A DNA stretch of 61,422 nucleotides, the filler included, from Vannella sp. (lineage: Eukaryota): assembly GCA_023345925.1 (NCBI GenBank). It is 4 parts of 4 records of this genome, joined end to end, with 100 filler letters (N's around TTAATTAATTAA, not from the genome) between each part and the next. Parts side by side here need not be neighbours in the genome. Positions count along the whole stretch, not along the records: positions 48,132 to 61,422 come from JAJQQN010000915.1; 3 more parts are not named here. One strand, given 5' to 3'. The translations under genes were made by a program, and so were the position numbers. Under the pieces are notes generated by a model. It saw only the letters and a list, made by a program, of their open reading frames with translations. It had not been told where the DNA came from and made no database searches. Shown piece by piece: positions 51,201-61,422 of this stretch; within the stretch, counting starts at the first letter, position 1; the number at the start of each line of letters is the position of its first letter.

Positions 51201-51721
51201 TCAAGAGTACTACCCCCGAAAGCTGGGCAACATACAAGAACTTCGAGAAGGCGCACCTTGGGATTAGCCAAGTTGTCCAAAGCGCGGAAGACTCTAGGAC
51301 TCAATCAGATTCTCTGATGGTTGTAGTTGCCATTCAGACCCGCTTCATCACAACCGTGGAGGACACAGATATCATGGGACTGCACAAGCTTCACTATTCA
51401 CTACAGGGAGAGTTACGAGGTGCAGTTATCAAATCTGGAAAGAAATCTCGAAGAGTCAACTTTTCTTTATTCTTATTCCAAGAGAGACTCATTTTAGGAG
51501 AGCCCAGCAAGACTGGACTGCTCACAAAGGTGGCGTCAATAGCAATCGAGGACTTGAAGGTCTGCCCAAGTGCTCACAAGAATGGGCGTTATCCTTTCCT
51601 TATCGAGGATGTTTCAAACGCCTTCCAAGCAGAGATCCACGCGTCTTCTATTCAAGAGCGCGATGATTGGCTTGAGGCATTCCGCAATGTTCACCTCAAA
51701 CGCCTCACATCTTCCAAATAA
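48201..51721 (+). CDS. Ankyrin + Kelch + RhoGEF (DH) + PH protein, multi-exon
   Basis: ANK exons 48201-49100. Splicing gives the Kelch motif PRFG|HVTLVYQDNVYLLGG. DH motifs EELMKTEIHYVNDL and SYLIKPFQRITRYSLLLKEL. PH domain ends ERDDWLEAF. Confidence 0.88.
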
Positions 51722-51759
51722 ACTCCCAATTGATTACCAACTTAGTGAAACGGATGAGG

Positions 51760-53927
51760 TTATGCATTTCTTGGCTTAGAGGCCAGTTTTTGGGCGCGCG
51801 AACGCAAAAGTCCCACCAAATCCATCGCGTTGGATCCTGAGAAGAGAAAGATCTCGCTTTCTTCTTGTCCATCGGTTTCGCGGAAGGTGAGACGAGCTTT
51901 GAGGCCTTCTGTATCCATAGAGACCCTTTTCAGTTTGCAAATGGTGAAAGCCCAAGAATGACCAAAAGCTATTTCTTTCCTCGAGGATTCGTTTTGAATG
52001 CATCCCTCCAACCATATGAGCATGTCCGAGGTTACTAAGAGCGCTCTGTTTCGGGTTAAAACCCATCAATTATTGTTTGACACGTACCCATTGATAGCGA
52101 GGGCACTGGCCGGTTCCACTCTGCGACAAAAGAGGAGAGGATTGGTCAAATCAAATAGCATTAAATGTAGCCTTGGATCTAATGGACGCTTAGATGGGTT
52201 AAGCTGCCTCCCCAATTTCCACTTACGATTGATTATGTTAGAAAGGGGCTTTTCTCTCGTATGTTCGGATTGCGAGTTACCCTCTTTGGATAAATCGTCA
52301 GTCATTCTGGAGAAAAGCGTCGAGCTTTGCTCCATCAAAGCATTTCCTGTTCGAGAAAAAAAGTTCCTAACACTTGATCTCCCGCTTGCGCACAAAGTAC
52401 AGGCTGAGTGGTGCGACTCCAAGGGAAGATCATGCCTGGTGGCATTGGCATGGAACTCAAAAAAGCCTCCCCGAAGAACAGACACGCGCGGTATGTCATG
52501 TTGGAGAAGAAATAAAGCGAGTGGCATTGTTTCCTCGTCAGAACCCACTAAAACACAGTGAATGCGAGGATTCTCTTCCAAGATTTCAGCAATTTCGCAA
52601 ACTCTTTTCTGAGATGCCTCTGGGTCATTGTGCAGCTACAATAAAAGTTAGCATAAATAGATCTGATAACCACTTACCTGACTGTTTAAAAAGGACTCAG
52701 CACCGGGAATCCGTCCTGAATTGTACTGCAGAATATCTCTGCAGTCCAGAATGAGGTAGCGGAGAGCATCATCCAGTCCTTGCCCTTCATTCAAGTAGAG
52801 TTGACTGCATAACTCTCCCACAGAGTGATAAAGAGTACCTTCAAGAAGAGTTAGAGTCCCCTCAAATGCATCTGCAGGATCAATGATTCGTCGGAGGTCT
52901 TCCAAAAGGCATTGTGGAGTATCTTTGAGTATAGTAAGGGCCAGCGAATACTGGTTCTTGAATGAACATACTCTCCTGAAATCTACGAGAAGACTCTTGA
53001 AGGAACTCGACTTGAGAGTCTCCTTCCACCAAAAGACCGCTTGGAAACACTCTTTTGCCTTTCAATAACTCTTCTCTGCAAAGGGGTGAGCAACAGGGAA
53101 GAAAGTGAAGCGCAGGCTCACTTGTAAAAGTCCACTAAGGCAAGGGCGAAGAACAAAGGCTCGAGCAGCGCATCCCGACCTTCTCCTCCTTGGAGGAGCC
53201 AGCCATCCCACACTCTCAACAGAACTCCGCGTTCCTGGCAGTTTGCAAGCATGGCGTCTTCAACGAGAGAGAGGTGATCCTTGCGGTGAGGCGCAATGTA
53301 GCGTAAAGCCCGTGGCAAGTGGTACTGCAACAAGGACATCCACGCGCCTCGTGCTCTCGTTGCACTCTCCACTTGCAGAAGGCCAGGGGCGAAGCATGAG
53401 GCGAATTGAATGCTCAAAGAGAGTGCTGAGGCACCTAGTCTTGCAAGAGAGAGGGTGGAAGAGCTCTCTTGGAGGAGATCGAAGAGGGACTGCCATAGTT
53501 CTACAAATGCTGCCGTTCCCTCAGTGCTGGCTAGTTTTCTGAGCGTGTCTTGTTGCATTTGAGCCCTCTCTTCCTGGTTAGCTCTCGCCCAAGCTAGCTG
53601 GCGGGACAGTTCATTCAACGCGACTGTTCCTATCGCCCATTCATTGACTGGAGGCAGGGGATGGAGCTCTTGAAGTCTCTACGACACTTCATAAGACTTT
53701 AGGTGTTCTTGATTGCGATAACAGGTCCCTACCGTCTGGTAGAAGAGTAAACGAGTCTTTTGGGGGTCGTCTGGTCGATGACTGACTTCTTCAGAGTTCT
53801 CCTCGTGCTCATCGTCCTTCTTCAACGAGGTTACAGGCAAAGCAACGGAGTCATCTTCGTCATCCTCCAAGGAGAACATGAGGTCGTGAAGGCCCTTCGC
53901 GGGGAAGAAAGGGCGGGAAAATGACAT
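51760..53927 (-). CDS. TBC1D23: TBC1D23-like protein (TBC + rhodanese-like + C-terminal PH-like), multi-exon
   Basis: LLQYHLP..LLRVWD..LFFALALV (TBC). YLILDCR..YNSGRIPGA and ALFLLQHDIPRVSVLRGGF (rhodanese-like). Start may instead be 53879. Confidence 0.75.
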
Positions 53928-53946
53928 TTCTCTATTTCTTGGTCGG

Positions 53947-54713
53947 ATGGCAGACAACGGGGACATCAACGCGTTTGTGGATGAGTTCTTGCAAGTGTTT
54001 GAGGGCTGGAGTACGACGGTGGATGGCAAGGCGAAGGCGTTCGGACAGGATCGCGCGGACTTCTTGAAAGAAGCTCAAGGTGAGGCCTCTATCGCACCAC
54101 AGCGTGGCTCATACTTCTCCTAGAGAAGATAAGGCGACTGAGAGAGTCAGAAGAGAGAGTAAAAGGGCAAGCAGTGCGAGTGCAGGCAGAGGTGGACAAA
54201 GAGAACGAGGATTTGGCGCAACTGGCCTCGTCTCTCGCAGCCCTTCAGCAGGCAGAGCAGGCACTTCCTCCCCTATTGGAAGAGTCGAAGCAACAGTGTG
54301 CTAGTCTGCAGGAGCAACTCGCTGCTGCACTGAAAGGTAGGCGAGTGTGGACCAGAAGGTGCGGATCCTGACCTCTTTCTCTCCAAGCGGTGGATGGGGA
54401 CATTCTTCAAGTGCAAGAGGGGATCGATAACCTTGAAGGAGTCGTATCCTTCTTCGCAAGACGGCTGGGGGTGCGATTTGTGGGCTCCGCGGAGGGAGTT
54501 GTGTGCGAGTTCACCTTGGTGGACCCGAAAGAGCCCGCGCGGGTGTTCTCTGCTGTCCTGGCGATGACTCCCGAAGGAGAATACAATCTCCTCCACGACA
54601 CACCCAACCTCAACCAGGAAGCCCTTCAAGCCCTCACGCAAAAAGCCAACACTTCCAACCAACTCCTTCCTCTCGTTTGCGGCTTACGTAATCTTTTCAA
54701 GGAATCCGTCTGA
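53947..54713 (+). CDS. SPC25: Kinetochore Ndc80 complex subunit Spc25, 3 exons
   Basis: N-terminal coiled coil followed by RRLGVRF..CEFTLVDPKEPARVFS..YNLL..PNL..NTSNQL..LRNLF, the Spc25 RWD pattern. Confidence 0.85.
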
Positions 54714-54795
54714 ATTAGAGCGAAATTTCGCTCAATTTCCTGAACTGCCTCAATTCCCTCCAATATTATGAATTATCTCTCAATAATCATCATTT

Positions 54796-57573
54796 ATGAT
54801 CACGATCGGTGGCGGCCATTCTTTCGGTTTCTCTGTGATGATGAAGCGCGCTACAACTGGCGCTCCTGTTCCCTTGAGGCAGAAGGCTGTCCGTACGGCT
54901 AGTTTAGAAGGTTATACCGCACAACTACAAGGATCAAGCGTTCCGGAGTCAGATTGGCTCGCTTTGGCGGAGAATGCCTGTTTGCACCGAGCTGTGGTTG
55001 GAGAGGTCCTTATCTTGGAAGGCGAGAAGCTTGATCATCTGTTAGTTGTAATGGATGGTTCAGTGAGCGTTGGAAGAATGCATACGGGAGAGAAGACAAC
55101 TCGCGTCATCAAGTCTCCCGAACTTTACGGAGAAGCTTGGCTGCTTAACCAGCCCGCTGCTGTCTCTGTAACAGTGATTAGCGATTCGTGTACCGTGATA
55201 CGCCTCCACTTGGATCTTGAGATGAGCAAACTCTTCACAGAAGATCCTTCCTTCAAAGAAGGGTCCTCTACCAACGGTGTTCCCATTTCAGACTCTCCTA
55301 TGTCACCGAGATTCCTTCCAAACAGTCCCATGGCTCGTACCCTGTCAGTGAGGCAACTGATCAGCCAATCCCCCAAAGATCGGCTCAGCCATGACGCTCG
55401 TGTCGGCTCGCCGAAGGAGATCCTTCTACCCGTCAGTCGAATTGCTTCAGATCCGAGCTCTGCCGACTTCATGGAGTCGCTCAGAAGGAAGAACCTGTTC
55501 TATCAGATTGCTATGAAACTGCTTTCCCGCCTTCAGGACTCAATCCGAGCTTTCGAAGCGAAACACTCCAAAGAACCTGTTGCGTTAAAGAAGGATCCGA
55601 AAGTGGTCAATGCTATCTCCAACGAGGTTTCTGCACCTTCTAGTCGCCACAGACGCACTCCCTCGAAGACCTTTGTTGGAAAGATGCTACACCGCGCCGC
55701 TGCTGTAGCTGGACTGGAGGAGGCTCAGGCTTCTCCCGTCCCTTCTGTGCCCCCAACTCCAACTCCACCGGTGGAAATGATCAAAGAGACGAAGAAAGCC
55801 GTCGACAAAGCTTCTGAGAAGTACGTGAAGAAGTTCCGCTTGCCAAAGATGGAGAAACTCTTGAAGGAATGTGAAGCTGCGTGGCAGCCAGAAGCCGAAA
55901 ATCCTTTGGAGGGGCGTTTGTTCATTGGGGAGATGTATGTTTGCTTCCTCGGCAACGGATTTGCTTTCCATACCAAAGCTGTTGTCCCACTATCTCAAGT
56001 TGCCTCGTGGAAGGTGGCTCACTCCCGACTCTGTCTCGGAATGAAACCAGGTGAAGGTACAGAAACGAACTATGTTTTTCTCCTCAAAGGGAGCCAGACT
56101 GAAGAGCAAATCCAGACCATCCTAGGAAATCACGCAACGAATCAGAAGCTCCTTAAGCAGCGCCCTGTGTCTCTGCAGAGAAAAGAGTCTTGGGTTCTTA
56201 AGCATCACATTGATCCTGTTGCCTCAGAGGCTTTCAACTTACAGGACTGTATTTTGCTGCTTGATTGCTCAGAAAGGCATGTCTTCAAGTCTGGAGAAGT
56301 CATTATTACTGCCAACACTCGCCAGCAGATGCCCGGGATGTGGAAAATCGCCTCAGGGCGTGTAAAAGTGGAGTCAAAGGACGGCCAAGTAACTGCAGTT
56401 CTCGGAAAGAACTCTTTCTTTGGTGAAATTTCGTTTTTCTTCCCCGAAGTCTGTATGACAGCTTCCATTGTTGCCTTGGATGAGGTTGTAGAGGTGTTCT
56501 TCTTGCAAGGGGCCAAACTCTTCACTCATTTTGCGCGTTACCCAAACTTTGGAGCTCGTTTCTATCGCTACATCGCTACTATTGCTGCTCACCGATTTGA
56601 AAGGTTCAATCGAATGTTCCTTTCGCAGTACTCAAATCATCCCTTCTGCCAATCTACTGCACAACTCCACCTTGAGCCTGGATCAGAGCAGCCAGAAGAA
56701 TTCATGGTCCAACTTACCAATCAAGCCTTTAAGTTCTCTTCCAGTCAAGGCCAAGTTGGAAAAGTTGGCTTGGCGGACATTGTGTCCATTTCTCAAGGCG
56801 CAGATTCGTCCATCTCCATTCAGACTCGCTCAGAGCTCAATTTGAGCCTCAAGTTTTCAACAGACGCTTCCAAATGGTTCGTTGCTATTGATAGTGCATG
56901 CTTTAGTTCCTACGAAATCAAGCTCCTTCGTCCTTCGGAGAAGCGTTCTATGTTGCAAAATCTTTATCGCACAGCAGAAGATTGTGAGATGCGTTATACT
57001 TCTCACTCTGGAGATGTCGTTGAGCAATGGCTTTATAATCCTGTTCGTGGGACAATTATCTCTCTGGCCGTTGATCGGCATGTGCAGTTTACCTGGGACG
57101 GAGTTCGGTGAGTCCACAATCTAAACCCAACACTCACTCACTCTTTCTTCAGCTTCACCAGCACAGATGAGAAGGGAAAGCCCTTCCCCGGTTATGGAAC
57201 TTGGGACGGTTTAAGGATTGCCTATTATCCAGACACAGTCCCAAGTAAAGAGTCCGAATCGGACCTTTACTTTTTGACTGATCGTCAGCAGAAGGAGCGG
57301 ACTCTGTCCCTTTTTTGGTATAATCCCGTTATGAGCTTCCAAGCAGTCAATAGTGTGGATTGTTTTACCATGCACAACACAATCATTCAGCGCCATGAAA
57401 AGTTTGACAAAGCTCTTCGCTTCAAAAGGGTCCACGAAGCAGAAAGCGTTCCTCCTTTCTATTTCATTGCTGACACTCTCACACCAGCCCCGCTTCTTCT
57501 CTTTATGAGTCTCGCTCTGCCAAACATAGCAACCGAACTGGCACCCGACTCTCCCTTCTACACCCTCGAATAA
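54796..57573 (+). CDS. cNMP-binding + GRAM + cNMP-binding + PH-like protein, 2 exons
   Basis: cNB1 GEVLILEGE..VVMDGSV..LYGEAWL. GRAM EGRLFIGEMYVCF..VVPLSQV. cNB2 FKSGEVII..IASGRVKV..FFGEISF..TASIVA. Intron at about 57108-57152. Confidence 0.85.
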
Positions 57574-57678
57574 AGCTTCAGCACTCAAAAGAAAAGGTTT
57601 TAGGCAATTCTCGAGTAACAAGTAACTGTAAGAGAGTCCAAGAATGAATAGGAAGGATGGGATATGGTACCGCACCCA

Positions 57679-59617
57679 TCAGTGGGTTTTTCTGCCCTCA
57701 AAAGCTGATTTCCTGGTTCCAGACAAAATAGGGCTCGCTGAGGTATGGCTCTTGGTGTTGAGTTTGATCTTGGACATGAGAGATGTCGTTGGTGCATCCT
57801 TGAGCTCCAAAGAAATGCAAACCAATCCAGTCGCATCATCATATGAAACATCGGAAGAGGTCGGATCAGCGTTAACGGGTCGAGGTAAGGCGATGGATCG
57901 CTCGATGGGAAAAGAGAATTCGTCGTTTCCGATAAGCATGAGACTCTCCAATTCTTTTGGGATTAACTCACGGAGGCTATTCACTTGTTCTACTCGAATG
58001 AACAGATTGTCTTCTCTGATTCTTACGACAATCTGTCCTGTCGCGATTGTGCGACAAAAAACTTTGATGTGAGTGGGACTCAATCCGATGCTCACTTGAA
58101 GTGGCATGTTAGACTCAAATTTGTGCCGTTCAACCTCAAATTGAAGGAGAGAGGTTTGTTGTTGGAATTCAGAGCGGAGTGCCGATGCCAGTCGCTGAGT
58201 TTCTTCAAATCTCTTCAAATGACCTTGAAAGCTTGCGCTGGCAACAAAAGCGACACACGTCGTGTGATCTACTTTCCCTGGGTACTTTCGGTAGTCCGAG
58301 GGTAGCTTGGTATTGGATTCAGACTCAGAGTGCGCTCGTGAAGCAGTTGTCACATCCTTCGCGTGTTGTATTAACTCGTTCACAATGAATCTGGGCGTTA
58401 GTGAGGAAATCTGGTTCTCTAACAAAATCATTTGGAGAATCCGCGAAGAGAATCTGGCCTTCACTTGGGACATAAGCTTTGCTGGGAAATCTGACCAACA
58501 CTCTGCTGGAATCCCCAGCTCGTTGGGCAGGATTCCGAGTTCCTCTGGATCGAGGTTGTCATGAACGCCGTCGCTTACACAGAACAGGATGTCGTCTTCC
58601 TCGATAAGGTGCGAAAAAATGCCCCAGTTTCGCAAATCTGAGGAACCATCCTCCTTGAACGGTCCAAGACGCCCTCCAGGATCCGAGGGGTCAGCAGATA
58701 TCTCGCGATTACCAAACGTGATATCGGTGAAGGTACCCTGGCTCGCATTGAAACAGAACACTTTGCAATCTCCAACGGATGCACAGACGAAGTTGCGTTT
58801 TCCCGGGATTGATGAGGGGATCAATACTCCTACTACAAGTGTACAAGTGCCTGACTCCCACAAAGTCTCTTTGCCGAAGCGAATCTGCCGGTCTGCTGCT
58901 GCTAGGGCGTGAAGGAGCTCCTGAGCTATGCCTCGTAAGTCGGTGTAGTCGTTCACAGCCTTTAGGCGTGCCACGGCTGCATTACTAGCTTGTATGGCAG
59001 CATCCCGTGAGTTGTAACCCCACCCACACCCATCAGCTACAGCAACAATCAACCTAGACCGGTGAGCTCAATTATCCAGGAGGAAACGGCTTCTCTCACT
59101 TGTTTGAGTGTATCTCAGTGACCCAATGATCACAAATGGGATCTCCCATCCGTCTACTACGAGAAGGAGGGTGCGGGTAAGTGCTTATCGTCTGGCCGCA
59201 GAACATCGCGCCAAAGGCGAGCTCCTCTTCACATTGCACGTCGCGCTCAAAGCGGTAGAAGCTTCTTTCCGTTGTGCTTGGTTCTTCGGGTGAACTGGGC
59301 TGCGCAGGGGAAAGGGCGAAGTAGTCGTTCAAGTTCACCTCTTTTTGGAAGCGGGTGAGGATCACTGCTGTTTGATCCGTGGTGGATCTACGCAGTGCAG
59401 GAGCCCCTCGAGGTTCCAGAATGTGTTTGATTTCCTCTTCCCATGCCAAACGAGGGAACGAGTCCGAGAAGAAGCCCGAGAGGATCTCCTCCGCCAGACT
59501 GCTTCCCTCTCCAAACGTAACTGTACGACTCAGCCGACCGCTCTTCTCTCCACAGATGAAAGGAAACCTACCTCGCTTTTTCTCCCGAGACGGGGACAGC
59601 GCGGGAGTGGACCACAT
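57679..59617 (-). CDS. PP2C-like (TipA/CG9801-type) phosphatase with C-terminal HSP20-like domain, 2 exons
   Basis: GDPICD, VADGCGWG, SVGDCK, DPGGRLGP, SDGVHDNLDP, GKVDHTTCV. Tail IERSIALPRPVNAD..VSYDDATGLVCISL. Confidence 0.85.
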
Positions 59618-59747
59618 GGCTCCAGAGAATGACCCAAAAGGCCACTAAGCCGACCAATCAATGCTTCCGGTTAGTCTGGCTTTATAAATAGATTAACTTT
59701 AATGAACGGCTGTCACACTTGCCTCCCATCAATCAGGCCAACCGTCT

Positions 59748-61391
59748 TCAAGGTGGGCTCCTTTTAAGGAAATTGGCGGGAAGGAAAGGATCGTTTTCTA
59801 TGAGCCCACCGTTGGGCTTTTGAGAGAGAATCTGGCTGTATCGAGTGGAAACCCGGCTGCGGAGGTCAATCCCTTGAATTTCGAAGGATTCAATGAGGGC
59901 TTCCTCCAACTCGCGTATCGGAACCCAAATGGGGCAGCGTTTGATGGCATTAATGCACTCTGACTTGATGTTGTGCTCGAATCCGGAGGTGTTTTGGCAA
60001 AGCTGATAGAACTGTGCTGAATATAAACTATCTGCTTGAGCGATGGGAGGTTTGATCCACGATCGAACAGCACGATAATGCACTCCTGGTCCCGATTAAC
60101 GCACAATTTGATCTTTGCGGTGGGCTTACCCAAACGTAGCGCATGTCGTTCGAAGATGGAATTTTTCATGCCGTAGGGAAACGCCTCTATGATAGCGCTC
60201 CTCTCCCCAGCAAAAAAGTTGTTTGCTTCTCCTGCTCCGTGAGCCACTAATTTGACCCGGCTACCTCTTAATGGTACCGCTTGGTCATGGAGGGGTGTTC
60301 CTTCGCTAAAATCAGTGAAAGAGTGTGTTCTAATCGAGTAGTACCTCGCTAATTCCATTATTTGACGGAAATTGGCGAAAGCTCGGATGGCTGGCCTGAG
60401 GGGAATGACCAAGATAGGATTTCCCAACGAAGGTGGAAGTAAATAATTAACGACTTCCCTCCTAAACTGGGAAGCTGAAGCCATCCCAGACCAGTAACGA
60501 GGTTTGTCAGAGAAAAGAACTGCTCTTCTAGAGGTGAGAGCCTTTCTTTTTAAAGTGTGAGCTCACTTACTTCTCAAGAATAGCAAATCGCTTTTTGCCA
60601 ACGCCCTTCTCTACCAGATCTCGGGACAGGATCAGAAGAGCGTTTGACTGATTTCTGAGGTAGAATTCCATCATTCCCTTGGGCCACCCTTCGGGCACTT
60701 CATCTCGTCCAATAATCAAGTTATCCATCGAAGGTATCTTCGTCATTAGAGGATGGGTAGAATACATCCATTCCATCTCCCAAAGCATTTGGTTCTCCTT
60801 CGCAAAGTAAAAGGGGTTACTGCTCACATGCGCAGGATGTGTGATGTAAGTCATTCCTGGGAGAGACACAAAGTCCTTGGAATTCTCTTGAAGCCAGGCT
60901 GGGGAGACCAAGCGGGCTTCGCGGCTAATCTCGTTATCGGCGTAAGGGACGCGATTCATTAGTGGGATAGGAAAATCACGCTGGAGCTGATAGCAGTCCT
61001 CGTGCCCCATTCGCTCGAACTCTTTTCCAGCAGCATAGGATGGCAAATAATCAGCCGTGGGGGAAACAAGATAAATCCGCTCCCCGTCGTAGTACAGGTT
61101 GTGATACTCGCATGCTCCTGACATGTCTGCCAGCTCAAAGCAGCGAGCCTGTGTGTACTTATCATCTGAATCCCTCCACTCTTGTGAGAGCGATGCTCGT
61201 CTTGGCAGGGTGTTCCGTAAACGGCGAACCCGTTCGTGGACTTGGACTCGCTCCTCCCGATACGTACGGATCCCACAGGTCCTGGAACCGCTTTCATGAT
61301 AGTAAGCGAAGTATCCAGCATGGAGAGCGAACAGAAGGAGCACCCAGCAAACAGCTCCGATCCAGAGGAGATAGAGATGGCGCTTCCCCAT
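59748..61391 (-). CDS. Glycosyltransferase family 61 (DUF563)-like type II membrane protein, multi-exon
   Basis: N-terminal TM segment (LYLLWIGAVCWVLLLFAL), CEYHNLYY, and AHGAGEANNFF..IIEAFPY. Confidence 0.8.
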
Positions 61392-61422
61392 CGGAGCCCG
61401 AAAACTAACGTTCTGACCCACC

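Overview
Gene-dense eukaryotic (protist) nuclear DNA with about 27 protein-coding genes. Spliceosomal introns are mostly 45-56 nt, GT..AG, with CTRAC/CTCAC branch points, so many ORF-track entries are exons of larger genes. The window joins four contigs through artificial 100-nt N-TTAATTAATTAA-N linkers, so adjacency across linkers is not biological. Amoebozoa is the likely source, inferred from a GbpC/D-like cNB-GRAM-cNB module, a TipA-like PP2C and many ankyrin-fused GTPase regulators. Recognisable genes: APC amino-acid permease, MED25, G-alpha, RPT6, GSK3, mitochondrial bL27, an RCC1-repeat protein, a PPR protein, a RasGAP, a RhoGEF, TBC1D23, SPC25 and a GT61 glycosyltransferase. Two genes stand out, both visible only after splicing. 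(1) 32776-37321(-): an Arp2/3-activator-like protein with ARM repeats, three SURP modules, PB1, poly-Pro and a C-terminal WH2-C-A tail. (2) 17239-20401(+): a secreted protein with an MRH lectin-like domain and two tandem MACPF pore-forming domains. Also notable: a Crinkler/RHS-like NTPase with a REase-like tail, and a dispersed non-coding repeat on three contigs. All domain calls are by-eye motif recognition; no searches were run.
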